64,000 nucleotides of DNA from a virus: IMG/VR virus record IMGVR_UViG_3300045988_179151. One strand, 5' to 3'. The translations under genes and the position numbers were made by a program. Below are positions 48,180 through 57,895 of the stretch, piece after piece. Under the pieces are notes generated by a model. That model worked only from the letters and a program-made list of their open reading frames with translations. It was not told where the DNA came from and did no database searches. Position 1 is the stretch's first letter, and the number at the start of each line of letters is the position of its first letter.

Positions 48180-48671
48180 ATGTCTACAAATAAACAATTA
48201 CAACTCGCTTTAGAAATTGCAACAATGGCTCACAAAAATGTACAACGTCGAAACGGCGATCCTTATATCTTTCATGCCTTGCGCGTAGCTAACAACTCAA
48301 CATATATTCGCACAAAAACACAAAAAGCCGCAGGTATTTTGCACGACGTCATTGAAGATACGCCATTTAACGAAGAATTTTTGCGCCAACAAGGAATCGA
48401 TGAAACTATACTTAAAGTTTTACGCTTTTTAACGCACGATAAAGAATCAACTACCTACGAAGACTATATCGCTCACATCTGTCAAAACATTGATGCTATG
48501 CTTGTCAAACTTGCAGATTTAGCCGATAATTTAGATCAAGGGACCCTTCCTGTTTTAACTGAACGCGACATCGAACGATTCAGCATATATAAAAATGCAC
48601 AACAAACGATTATGCAAACACTCGCTCAAAAACACCCCACCATCTTCCAAGAAATTCTGCAAAAAATGTAA
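48180..48671 (+). CDS. HD-domain small alarmone hydrolase (RelA/SpoT-type (p)ppGpp hydrolase domain only, 163 aa)
   Basis: GDPYIFHALRVA...ILHDVIEDT...MLVKLADLADNL matches the RSH hydrolase-domain motifs (HD, ED, LVKLADRLHNM). Confidence 0.6.
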   Translation: MSTNKQLQLALEIATMAHKNVQRRNGDPYIFHALRVANNSTYIRTKTQKAAGILHDVIEDTPFNEEFLRQQGIDETILKVLRFLTHDKESTTYEDYIAHICQNIDAMLVKLADLADNLDQGTLPVLTERDIERFSIYKNAQQTIMQTLAQKHPTIFQEILQKM

Positions 48672-48682
48672 AGGACCATAAC

Positions 48683-49099
48683 ATGTCAATATTCGAAGAA
48701 CAAATTAGATTATCCGAACAGTTACGTTATCAATACTTTGACAGAGATGGTTTCACAAAAATATCTGATAATACTCGACCCGTCGAGTATATCGAAAGAT
48801 ATGACTCGATTGGATATTTAACCGAACTTACATTCTTCCATGCATATCTTGATTATAACTATAAAACAGATATGAGCCCCAATCATAAATCAACAGCGAG
48901 CGATATAATAAATCTAATCAAAACAAAAAAAGCAAATTCCCATATTGATTGGATAGCCCTCTATGATTACCTGGATAAATTAAAACAAACTCGATGGCGT
49001 AGAGTCATTGACAATGATATCAATGCCGCCCTTGAAGTGTTTGAACCGTTTCGGGGTGAATTAGCCAGCGTTAAAAATAACCAGTCACTTTGGATTTAA
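48683..49099 (+). CDS. Small protein, family B (138 aa, C-terminal ...NNQSLWI)
   Basis: Paralog (IDWIALYDYLDKLKQTRW...FEPFRGELA). Confidence 0.5.
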   Translation: MSIFEEQIRLSEQLRYQYFDRDGFTKISDNTRPVEYIERYDSIGYLTELTFFHAYLDYNYKTDMSPNHKSTASDIINLIKTKKANSHIDWIALYDYLDKLKQTRWRRVIDNDINAALEVFEPFRGELASVKNNQSLWI

Positions 49100-49126
49100 C
49101 AATAACTATAAAAAAGGATAATCAAC

Positions 49127-49474
49127 ATGAACACACAAACAAAACTACAACAATACCTCACAGGTCACGATACAAGTGTTCTTGAAGAACGACTTGAACT
49201 CACACCTGATCTCGGATTTAATTACAAAATCCATTCCGAAGAATCCCTCTATTTCTTAAAAACACCAAGTCTTCAATCCGTTAAACTAATCACAGAAACA
49301 AAAACTGAAAAGGTCACAAAATATTATATCAATATTTTCCAAAAGAATGGCGGTTATATTGCATTTATTGGCGAAACAGACGACCCAACCTCATCCAAAT
49401 TACAAACGACCGTTTACGAAGCCGATTCCTATAATACACTCATCAAAGAAATCTACTACTTAATTTACAAATAA
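49127..49474 (+). CDS. Hypothetical protein (115 aa)
   Basis: RBS aaaaaggataatcaac. No family motif. Confidence 0.4.
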   Translation: MNTQTKLQQYLTGHDTSVLEERLELTPDLGFNYKIHSEESLYFLKTPSLQSVKLITETKTEKVTKYYINIFQKNGGYIAFIGETDDPTSSKLQTTVYEADSYNTLIKEIYYLIYK

Positions 49475-49490
49475 AGAAAGGCGTTAAAAT

Positions 49491-49907
49491 ATGTTAACCT
49501 CCAATGATTATATTGAATTGTCTGACGAATTGCGCTATAAATATCTTGATGTAACTGGATTCGCAACCATATCCGATAATACTAAATTCACTGATTACAA
49601 TGAAGACGGTAACATAATTGGAAATATTACAGAGCGTGCATTCTTGTATTGTTATCTCAATTATGACTATGAAATCGATAAAGACGCCGATTATGACCCA
49701 ACCACAGACGAAGTTATAAGATTAATCAAAACTAGAAAAACAGATCCTTATATCAATTGGACAGCGCTCTATGACTACTTCGATGAGTTAAAACAAACGC
49801 AATGGAGCAAGGCCATTAGTGAGGATATCGACAACGCTCTTGAAGTATTTGAACCATTTCGAGGTGAATTAGCCGGCATTAAAAACAACCAACAACTATG
49901 GATTTAG
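49491..49907 (+). CDS. Small protein, family B (138 aa, C-terminal ...NNQQLWI)
   Basis: Closest paralog of 48683 (INWTALYDYFDELKQTQW...FEPFRGELAGIKNNQQLWI). Confidence 0.5.
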   Translation: MLTSNDYIELSDELRYKYLDVTGFATISDNTKFTDYNEDGNIIGNITERAFLYCYLNYDYEIDKDADYDPTTDEVIRLIKTRKTDPYINWTALYDYFDELKQTQWSKAISEDIDNALEVFEPFRGELAGIKNNQQLWI

Positions 49908-49919
49908 AAAAGGAAGCCT

Positions 49920-50318
49920 ATGTTCAATATTGAAACTACCTACGACCCCATACAAATTACCGAAAAATATAGAAAAATAAGAATCAAATATTTTTCAAAC
50001 CCTAACTATAAAACACTTGCCGATACTGGCTGGCACTTGGACAATCTCGAAAGTCTTTACGAATTCAATTTTTTAAGCGTTCTCATTTTCGGTGGATGGA
50101 ATACCGGTTTTGCGAGAACAACAGAAGAAGTCTGTCATGCTATCAAAAATCATAAAAACTATAAAAACATCAATTGGCGAGCCTACATCGAATATATCGA
50201 CGAAGTTCAAAAAACATTGCCCGTTCGTGAACCGTACGAACTTGAAATCTACAAAGCGGTTAATAGTATCCGTTCTGACTTCGGAATTATCTCAAACAGT
50301 CAACAACTTTGGATTTAG
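49920..50318 (+). CDS. Small protein, family B (132 aa, C-terminal ...NSQQLWI)
   Basis: Paralog (INWRAYIEYIDEVQKT...). Confidence 0.5.
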   Translation: MFNIETTYDPIQITEKYRKIRIKYFSNPNYKTLADTGWHLDNLESLYEFNFLSVLIFGGWNTGFARTTEEVCHAIKNHKNYKNINWRAYIEYIDEVQKTLPVREPYELEIYKAVNSIRSDFGIISNSQQLWI

Positions 50319-50335
50319 TAGAAAGGCGTACCATC

Positions 50336-50740
50336 ATGAACCTTAAAAACAAAATTATGTTCATCAACAGTTTATTTTCTATTAACCAACTACCAATATT
50401 TCTATTTTTCGATGACGAAGACGAAATGTTATTTTTAGCATCAAAAGACGCACGTTATGAAATCGATAGCCTATATCACAATAACGATGATAAAACACAA
50501 AAATGGCTTGATAGCCACAACCGATTAATCCCACTCTACAAACAAATCTATGAAGCCTATCCAAACGGATACGTACATCCGTCTATTATCGACAATAACA
50601 TCGTTATCTTACCAAGAGAAGATCAAGGTTATATCACAATTAAGCCATATGATAAAACTGTTGACATTGAATTTGACGACAAAGTTCACAAAAACATCAA
50701 CTGGTCTGATTTAAAGGACCAATTAGAGACCTTGTCATAA
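50336..50740 (+). CDS. Hypothetical protein (about 134 aa)
   Basis: Start MNLKNKIMF after RBS gtagaaaggcgtacc. Confidence 0.4.
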   Translation: MNLKNKIMFINSLFSINQLPIFLFFDDEDEMLFLASKDARYEIDSLYHNNDDKTQKWLDSHNRLIPLYKQIYEAYPNGYVHPSIIDNNIVILPREDQGYITIKPYDKTVDIEFDDKVHKNINWSDLKDQLETLS

Positions 50741-50871
50741 AACGTCTCTAAAATCGATTCTAAGCAATATTGACTCTCAACCATATAAATGACCATCACA
50801 CAATTAATCGTCGAAAATGAGCCATTTACGCCCCAATAAGACGATTTTAAAACCATTAGAAAGGAATCATT

Positions 50872-51366
50872 ATGGCATACCGTACAAAATACGAAATTGC
50901 GGATTACATCCACAACTACTACAAAGAACACAATAAAGAAGATGTTCTCGGGCATTTGCGACTACATGTCATTATGTATATTCTTTTCACAGAATATCTG
51001 TACGTTTTCAATGTCCAAGAAGAAGAAGGTATTATCGAAGCACCCGGCTTCTTCCCAAAATATCTATTTGATCCAAACTATACCGTTTGCCCCTACGGTG
51101 TGACCGACCCTGATTTCCGAGACTATGAATTTCAAAAATCAACCATTGACTTTCCAACAACATTCGATAAACAAATTCAACTATTCATCGACCATCTAGT
51201 TGATCAAACATTAGTCGTAGACGACTTCTCACTCGTCGACTATGTTTTAGAATGCCCCTGCCGTCAATATATGACTAACGGAGAGCCTCTCGATATAGCT
51301 CTTCTCGAGAATCACTATCGTTGTAATAGTCGCGTTTTTCAGACTCGTGATTTATTTTTCACCTAA
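50872..51366 (+). CDS. Hypothetical protein (164 aa)
   Basis: RBS agaaaggaatcatt. Followed by a terminator. Confidence 0.4.
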   Translation: MAYRTKYEIADYIHNYYKEHNKEDVLGHLRLHVIMYILFTEYLYVFNVQEEEGIIEAPGFFPKYLFDPNYTVCPYGVTDPDFRDYEFQKSTIDFPTTFDKQIQLFIDHLVDQTLVVDDFSLVDYVLECPCRQYMTNGEPLDIALLENHYRCNSRVFQTRDLFFT

Positions 51367-51369
51367 ACA

Positions 51370-51402
51370 GAACCACGGCTAAACCGTGGTTCGTTTTCTT
51401 TT
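51370..51402 (+). terminator. Rho-independent terminator
   Basis: gaaccacgg-ctaaa-ccgtggttc followed by gttttctttt. Confidence 0.7.
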
Positions 51403-51595
51403 AAGATACAAACTATGGCATAAAGGTGTTCCTTAATTAAATATTAGGACTTTGAAAAATTTACATCCCGCCATACACTCTAGCATAAAACGGTTCCTTA
51501 TTGTCGATATAAGCCTATAGTAATTTACCGTTCGCTATTTTATAAGGTTCTAAACGACGGTTTAGAACCTTTCTTTTTAGAAAGGATATTCAACC

Positions 51596-53374
51596 ATGAT
51601 TCAACCAATCAAACAACAATTCACAGCTAAATATCTTAAGAAAATCCTCGCAACTGAAGCTTCTAACTACAAATATACGGCTCGATGCCTCACGCGAGGA
51701 ATCGTCATCGATCCAATCCAACCCATCTCAAAAGAAACAGCCGAATTACTTATTCATCTATACGGTCTCGACTTAGCAAACGCTAACGCAACATTCTATA
51801 AGACATTCGCGGACCGTGAAAACAAAGATTGGGATGAAGTCGTACTTGACCGACTCATCCACTATGCAACCACTTACGGTGGATTGGCCGAATTCTTCGG
51901 AGGCGTTTATATTCCAAACTCGCCAGAACAAGACATGGTTGACGCATTTTCAACAGTGACACGAATTGAAGTCGTTTCACCTGAAACAATGAAAGAATCG
52001 CTTCAAAATCTTGTTAATCAACCAATCGCTTTCCCATCCGAAGACATCTCTCTACTAGCATCTTTCGTTCACGAACTAGAGCTAAACACGGATGCGATTC
52101 AAAACAAAGAACTTCTCATCTACTTAATCGCAAACTACAACCTTGTGCCTAAAACTCCACAGATGCTGTTACGAGCACTGGTCTTTTTATGCACAGATTC
52201 AACGCAATTGATCAAAAACAAACGATTACGTCGTCGACTATACTATGAGTTAGACGACATGGATTCTAAGACAAAACGTCGTATCCAACAAATTGTTCGA
52301 TCTTACATTGAAACACACGGTGCCCAATCTCTTGCTGACCACTATCGTCCTAACAAAAAACTGTGGTTGATCATTCGCAAAATGGGCTTGCAAAAAGAAA
52401 TCAACCGTATCAAACGTTTGTCAGACAAGAAGCATGTTTCACATGAAACATACACGATCTTGGAAAAAGAACAAGATTTGTCTTCTTTCTCTATCTATCA
52501 ATTGATTAAAGTCTACAATTACGTTTCTGAGCAAAAAGTATTACCTGACGAATATGTTCAAGCCTATCGAATTCGTGACGGTCGAGTTTTCGTTACACAA
52601 AAACAAAAACGATACTACTGGCCTGAACTGATTGAAAAAGCATTAACTGCTATTATAAATGAACTTCGCTCCCGTTTCTCTGAAAAAGAATTGAAGTTCT
52701 ACAATCCAAATACACACATCAATATCAAGATGCCAACATCTGCAAAATCATTCATCGGGCAATACCCAATGTACACATCTATCCAAACCGATAATGCCTT
52801 CCAAGTTGGAATCTACTGGAAAGAACAAACTGATTTGGACTTGCACGCGCACTCGGCCGATGGACGTCACTGTGGATACTACGAAGAATCACTTGAAGGT
52901 TGCGTTCATTCAGGAGACATGACTTGTTTGAACCAAAACAAGCAAGCCGCTGAAGCCATCAAAGTAACCGACGTACATGACGCAACGTTCTCTATCCAAT
53001 TGTATAGCGGAAACCCAACTCCATACAAACTATACATTGCAAAACAATTTGAAGGACACCCAACAAACATCTTGTCTGACGGTCAAGTCATTTTCCAAAC
53101 ACAGGCCATCGCTCAACGCACAGGTGACGTATTTGGGACATGTATCGACAATGAATTCATTCTGACCAGTCTAAAACTTGGTGGAAGAATTCCGAACCAC
53201 GAGCAATCTGAACTCATGATTGATGCTATTGCGCGTAAATCCGCAACTGCGCTCAATCTAGCAACATTTGCGACTATCGTTGGTGCAACTTTTGTCGATG
53301 ATCCTGCCGAAGCAACCCACAACTTCTCTCAAGAAAGTCTGTCATTAGACACCTTTATCGATCTGATGAAATAG
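51596..53374 (+). CDS. Large hypothetical protein (592 aa)
   Basis: RBS agaaaggatattcaacc. No motif recognised. Immediately upstream of the NAD module. Confidence 0.45.
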   Translation: MIQPIKQQFTAKYLKKILATEASNYKYTARCLTRGIVIDPIQPISKETAELLIHLYGLDLANANATFYKTFADRENKDWDEVVLDRLIHYATTYGGLAEFFGGVYIPNSPEQDMVDAFSTVTRIEVVSPETMKESLQNLVNQPIAFPSEDISLLASFVHELELNTDAIQNKELLIYLIANYNLVPKTPQMLLRALVFLCTDSTQLIKNKRLRRRLYYELDDMDSKTKRRIQQIVRSYIETHGAQSLADHYRPNKKLWLIIRKMGLQKEINRIKRLSDKKHVSHETYTILEKEQDLSSFSIYQLIKVYNYVSEQKVLPDEYVQAYRIRDGRVFVTQKQKRYYWPELIEKALTAIINELRSRFSEKELKFYNPNTHINIKMPTSAKSFIGQYPMYTSIQTDNAFQVGIYWKEQTDLDLHAHSADGRHCGYYEESLEGCVHSGDMTCLNQNKQAAEAIKVTDVHDATFSIQLYSGNPTPYKLYIAKQFEGHPTNILSDGQVIFQTQAIAQRTGDVFGTCIDNEFILTSLKLGGRIPNHEQSELMIDAIARKSATALNLATFATIVGATFVDDPAEATHNFSQESLSLDTFIDLMK

Positions 53375-53377
53375 AAA

Positions 53378-53406
53378 AGCTGGCCATTTCGGTCAGCTTT
53401 TTTTAT
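53378..53406 (+). terminator. Rho-independent terminator
   Basis: aagctggcc-atttc-ggtcagctt (1 mismatch) followed by ttttttt. Confidence 0.55.
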
Positions 53407-53498
53407 TTATTAGAAAAAAAAAGAAACTTTTATTTGCATCATCTTCTCATTTATGATATACTTTAATCATAAATAATAATCATGAATAAAAAGGAGAA

Positions 53499-54212
53499 AT
53501 GATTATGAAAAAATCATTAAAACTCTTCGCCACATCCAAGTGGTTTGACCTTTTAGGCGTCGCCCTTGTTGTCGGCATCGCCATCGCATCAGGCTATCTC
53601 AACTCACGCTTAGACCAATTTGTTAATTGGGGCCCTTGGACAGCCTTAGTGCCGTTCGGACTTATCTCCGTCACAAACGTCGGAATTTCCATGTTATCGA
53701 CACGATTTACAGGAAAACTCAGCAAATGGGGAAATTACCTCGGAATTCTAAACACCGTTCTTTCGGGGACCATCGACTACATCCTTGGTAACAAAGCCGC
53801 AATCATCACCTATCCCGTAACTTTCTTGATTTATACGGTTGCTATTCAAAAATGGCAAAAATCGCAAGAAGGTAAACCAAACCAACTTAATAAAACACAA
53901 ACAAAGCTCGTCGCAGTTTTCGCCACAATTTTAGCCTTTGCCTTTGCGTATGGCACTAACTATATCGGTTACGGTGGCAAAATGAACATTCTTGCTTACG
54001 TCACTACGATTGCCTTCGCCCTATCTCTTGTAGCAAATGTCTTTAACGCTTTAAAACTTACAACACAATGGAGCTTCTGGTTGGTCTACAACTTTGTTCA
54101 ACTTGCTAAAGCCAGCGTTCAAGGAAACTTCGCCAATGTCGGTAAATACATCTTCTATATCTTAAATGCGTTCGGTGCGTTATTCGTATGGAATGACAAA
54201 GAAAGGAATTAA
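53499..54212 (+). CDS. pnuC: PnuC-like nicotinamide riboside/NMN transporter (237 aa)
   Basis: About 7 TM segments and Trp-rich motifs (WFDLLG, NWGPW, WQKSQEG, W..YNF). The size and pattern match PnuC. RBS aaaaaggagaaatg. Confidence 0.45.
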   Translation: MIMKKSLKLFATSKWFDLLGVALVVGIAIASGYLNSRLDQFVNWGPWTALVPFGLISVTNVGISMLSTRFTGKLSKWGNYLGILNTVLSGTIDYILGNKAAIITYPVTFLIYTVAIQKWQKSQEGKPNQLNKTQTKLVAVFATILAFAFAYGTNYIGYGGKMNILAYVTTIAFALSLVANVFNALKLTTQWSFWLVYNFVQLAKASVQGNFANVGKYIFYILNAFGALFVWNDKERN

Positions 54213-54215
54213 AAC

Positions 54216-54863
54216 ATGTCATTAAACCCAACCCAAAATTTAGCTATTGACCTATTGATTCTAGCATTTGATAGAAAACATAATACAGTTAAAATCTTCA
54301 CACCTGTTCGTGAAGACTCTAAGAAAAAAGCCTTACCTGGCGTTCTCTTAAAACCTAATGAATCTATTTCAGAAGCGGTTCAACGAACACTGGATACCAA
54401 AACAAATCTCGCGCATCTACGTTACCGCCTTCAAGAACTGCCGGCTCAAACCAATCCAAATCGTGACCCGAGAGGACACGTTGTATCTGTTCCCATTTTA
54501 GTATTTATTTCAGAACCTTTTGAACTATCAAACGGTTGGTCTAACTTCGAACCAAATCTAGACCTCGATTTTGACCACACCGAAATGGTCAACAAGGCCT
54601 TTAACATTTTGGCTCAAAACTGGGACCGATATCCACTGCCGCTTCTTCTCGTAGGTGAACGTACCACTCTTGAGGAAACCAGAGATCTACTGGCGCATTT
54701 CCAACCATACTATTCTAAAACCTTGCCGTCAAACCTACGTCAAATGACCTTTTTCCAAAACTTTTTAGAAGAAACAGACGACTTCATGGCATCAAATAAG
54801 AAGGGCCGTCCGCCTAGATGCTATAACGTTTTAACTGACGAAATCAAACCACTATATACCTAA
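54216..54863 (+). CDS. Hypothetical protein, possibly a degenerate Nudix-fold (215 aa)
   Basis: LPGVLLKPNESISEAVQRTLDT only loosely matches a Nudix box. No NMNAT (H/T)xGH motif. Confidence 0.3.
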   Translation: MSLNPTQNLAIDLLILAFDRKHNTVKIFTPVREDSKKKALPGVLLKPNESISEAVQRTLDTKTNLAHLRYRLQELPAQTNPNRDPRGHVVSVPILVFISEPFELSNGWSNFEPNLDLDFDHTEMVNKAFNILAQNWDRYPLPLLLVGERTTLEETRDLLAHFQPYYSKTLPSNLRQMTFFQNFLEETDDFMASNKKGRPPRCYNVLTDEIKPLYT

Positions 54864-54877
54864 AGGAGAACGCCCCC

Positions 54878-55759
54878 ATGTTACTATTAAACAACGCGCA
54901 AGTACACTTCATCGATTTTCCTAACAAGGAACGCCGTCTTGACCTGCCAAGAGAGCTCGTGAACGATATGAATACCGTTATCTGGCATTATGACAATGAT
55001 GGTTCCATCTTTGAATTGCTTTTGCTCGAACAAGTTATGTTCCAATTACAAAAGCCATACGATCTTGTCATTGGATACATGCCCTATTCTCGTATGGACC
55101 GCGTTCAAGAAAACACTACGGCGTTTTCGTTAGAGTTACTATGCAAGCTTCTTGCGAATAACACGCTAATGCTCAACAAAGTCCTCGTATCAGATCCTCA
55201 TTCACCTGTTACGTTAGCGATATTCCATAAATATGGCATTCCAGCTGACGAATTAAACTATTCCCTTGCAGATACCATTATGGATTACGCTAACGTAAAC
55301 CTTGAAAATGCATGGATCGTATTCCCCGATAAAGGTGCGGCATTGCGTTATGATGAGAGCAAATATCCGAATGTCATCATTTGTGAAAAGACCCGTGACT
55401 TCACAACCGGACGTATCACAAACATGACTGCGCACATTCACAAACAAACGACAACGCCCGATAGTGATGCACCGCTTATTATCATTGACGATTTGTGCTC
55501 ATACGGTGGCACCTTCATCCGTGCAATTGATGCTGTTAAAGAACTAACTGACGTAGCATCTACAAATGCATGGCTCATCGTTACTCATGCAGAAAAAGCT
55601 ATCGACGAAGGTTCCGTCATGAATACATTTAACAAGGTATTCTGCACTGATTCAATTGCCACGCCACACGGAGCCGTGAATATGTCCGAATCATCATTCG
55701 ACAACACGCAACAAGTCTACGTCAAAGCCGTCCAAGATATCGTAAACGAAATCGTCTAA
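54878..55759 (+). CDS. Ribose-phosphate pyrophosphokinase (Prs) homolog; candidate ADPR-pyrophosphate synthetase (Adps) of a NARP1-type NAD+ reconstitution pathway
   Basis: IGYMPYSRMDRVQE...VSDPHS aligns with Prs (IPYYGYARQDRK...ALDLHA). IIIDDLCSYGGT is the PRPP-binding loop (cf. ILIDDIIDTAGT). Confidence 0.55.
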   Translation: MLLLNNAQVHFIDFPNKERRLDLPRELVNDMNTVIWHYDNDGSIFELLLLEQVMFQLQKPYDLVIGYMPYSRMDRVQENTTAFSLELLCKLLANNTLMLNKVLVSDPHSPVTLAIFHKYGIPADELNYSLADTIMDYANVNLENAWIVFPDKGAALRYDESKYPNVIICEKTRDFTTGRITNMTAHIHKQTTTPDSDAPLIIIDDLCSYGGTFIRAIDAVKELTDVASTNAWLIVTHAEKAIDEGSVMNTFNKVFCTDSIATPHGAVNMSESSFDNTQQVYVKAVQDIVNEIV

Positions 55760-55783
55760 TCAATTCGAAAAAGGAACAAACAC

Positions 55784-57313
55784 ATGATTACACCAATTTA
55801 TCTATCTACTGACTTTTACAAGCTTTCTCACCGCGAGCAATACCCAAAAGGCACAACTACTGTTTATTCAACATTAACGCCACGGTCTAATAAATACGCC
55901 CCCTGGTCAGATGAAATTGTATTCTTCGGTTTGCAATACTTCATCAAGGAATACTTGATTGAACGCTTCAATAAAGAATTCTTTGAAGTTCCAATTGAAG
56001 AAGTTGTAACGCTCTATACAAGCTTTATTCAAAATACACTCGGAAAAGAAACCGTAGACGTTGACCATCTCGTAAAACTTCACGAATTGGGTTATTTGCC
56101 ACTTAAAATCAAAGCTCTTCCTGAAGGAACACTCGCTCCGATGCGATGTCCTGTCATGACGATTGAAAACACGCATCCTGACTTCTTCTGGTTGACCAAC
56201 TTCATCGAAACTATTCTTTCGACAACTATCTGGCGACCAATTACATCAGCAACACTAGCGTATCAATACCGTAAAGTGCTTGATGACTATGCATTGAAGA
56301 CAACCGGCTCAACCGCGGGGGTTGAATTCCAAGGTCACGACTTCTCTCTTCGAGGAATGTCATCTGAACAATCCGGTATAACGTCAGGTATGGGGCACTT
56401 AACCTCATTCCAAGGAACGGATACAATTCCAGCCATCTTCGGTGCGCATAAATACTATAATGCCCCTCTTGATTTCACAACCGGTGCATCGATCTCTGCC
56501 ACAGAACATAGCGTTATGTGCGCTTACGGTAAAACCGATGAACTAGAACTCTTTAAACATCTTCTCGTAGACGTTTATCCAACAGGATTATTCTCAGTCG
56601 TATCCGACACATGGGATTTCTGGAAAGTTGTTACAGAATACTTGCCAGCTCTTAAAGATATTATCATGGCGCGTGACGGCAAACTGGTTATTCGTCCTGA
56701 CAGTGGTGATCCCGTGGCTATTGTTACAGGAACCGCTATCAACGGAACTACACCTGAAGAAAAAGGTCTTATCGAATGTCTTTGGGATATCTTTGGCGGA
56801 ACCGTTAATGAACAAGGCTATAAAGTTCTCGATCCGCATATCGGAGCTATCTATGGCGACTCTATCAACCTAGACCGCGCCAAAGCTATTTCAGAACGTC
56901 TTGAACAAAAAGGCTTCGCTACAACAAACATTGTTTTCGGAATTGGTTCTTTCTCTTACCAATACCATACCCGAGACACCTTCGGATTTGCCGTCAAAGC
57001 GACTGCCGCAACTGTTAATGAGGAAGAACGCATGCTCTTTAAAGATCCAAAAACTGACGATGGTACGAAACGCTCACAACGCGGACGCGTTGTTGTCGCA
57101 CAAAAATCAGATGTGTTACATGAAAACCCAGACTTTGATTTTACAACATTAACGGGTGATCAATCACAAAATGACTTGCTATGGAAAGATGGGCTTTACG
57201 AAGCTGAAGAACATTATTCAGAGTGGAATGCGTTACGACCTGTCTTTTTAGATGGACGAATTCTCGTCGACGAGTCACTTGAAACAATTCGTAAACGTAT
57301 TAAATCCGCTTAA
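55784..57313 (+). CDS. Nicotinamide phosphoribosyltransferase (NAMPT/NadV) homolog; candidate nicotinamide ADPR transferase (Namat) partner of the Prs-like gene
   Basis: N-terminal LSTDFYKLSHREQYP matches the NadV/NAMPT signature (TDSYK.SH..QYP). 509 aa is a typical NAMPT size. RBS aaaaggaacaaac. Confidence 0.6.
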   Translation: MITPIYLSTDFYKLSHREQYPKGTTTVYSTLTPRSNKYAPWSDEIVFFGLQYFIKEYLIERFNKEFFEVPIEEVVTLYTSFIQNTLGKETVDVDHLVKLHELGYLPLKIKALPEGTLAPMRCPVMTIENTHPDFFWLTNFIETILSTTIWRPITSATLAYQYRKVLDDYALKTTGSTAGVEFQGHDFSLRGMSSEQSGITSGMGHLTSFQGTDTIPAIFGAHKYYNAPLDFTTGASISATEHSVMCAYGKTDELELFKHLLVDVYPTGLFSVVSDTWDFWKVVTEYLPALKDIIMARDGKLVIRPDSGDPVAIVTGTAINGTTPEEKGLIECLWDIFGGTVNEQGYKVLDPHIGAIYGDSINLDRAKAISERLEQKGFATTNIVFGIGSFSYQYHTRDTFGFAVKATAATVNEEERMLFKDPKTDDGTKRSQRGRVVVAQKSDVLHENPDFDFTTLTGDQSQNDLLWKDGLYEAEEHYSEWNALRPVFLDGRILVDESLETIRKRIKSA

Positions 57314-57323
57314 CCATACAATA

Positions 57324-57355
57324 GACCATGAGCCTTGCTCATGGTCGTTTTTTCC
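57324..57355 (+). terminator. Rho-independent terminator
   Basis: gaccatgagc-cttg-ctcatggtc followed by gtttttt. Confidence 0.7.
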
Positions 57356-57409
57356 TTTTGAAACAATTTTTCGTCACTACCAAACAAACACAAAAGGAAG
57401 AACACCCCT

Positions 57410-57895
57410 ATGCTCACAATCACATTAACAAAAGAATCTATAAATTACGATAAACTAGTTGCCTATTTGGAAGAAAATAAAGAACATCGATTGAAAATGC
57501 TCAACGATAAAAACATCCGAGACCTTAGTTACGCCTTTGATGATGAAACCTTAATTGAAAACATTATTTATTGGGACGGAATGGTAGGAAAAGCTGAATA
57601 TAATCGCTTGACGTTTAAGAATGATTACGACATCAACTACCATATGTCTCTAGACGAATGTCTAAAACAACAAATTATCGATATGAAGTCTTACTTATAT
57701 ATCTTGTACGACACAGTCTGGGACGGTGACGAAACAAACGTCATTCTTCGAGGACTCGTTACAGGCCTTAACAAAGCAAAAGCTCGCGAAGAACACATAT
57801 TTGCAACTGTACCGGATAGAATATCAGAACTAACCATCTATACAGAAATCGACAATGATGACCCGTGGGGTGACGACTCATGGGACGAATATTAG
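57410..57895 (+). CDS. Acidic hypothetical protein (161 aa)
   Basis: ORF with RBS aaaaggaagaacacc. Confidence 0.4.
   Translation: MLTITLTKESINYDKLVAYLEENKEHRLKMLNDKNIRDLSYAFDDETLIENIIYWDGMVGKAEYNRLTFKNDYDINYHMSLDECLKQQIIDMKSYLYILYDTVWDGDETNVILRGLVTGLNKAKAREEHIFATVPDRISELTIYTEIDNDDPWGDDSWDEY

Noticed and set aside
54216-54863. NMN adenylyltransferase (NatV/NadM) partner for the NAMPT-like gene, which would make NARP2
   Set aside because: No (H/T)xGH nucleotidyltransferase motif. Only a loose Nudix-like pattern. The adjacent gene is Prs-like, which fits NARP1 instead.
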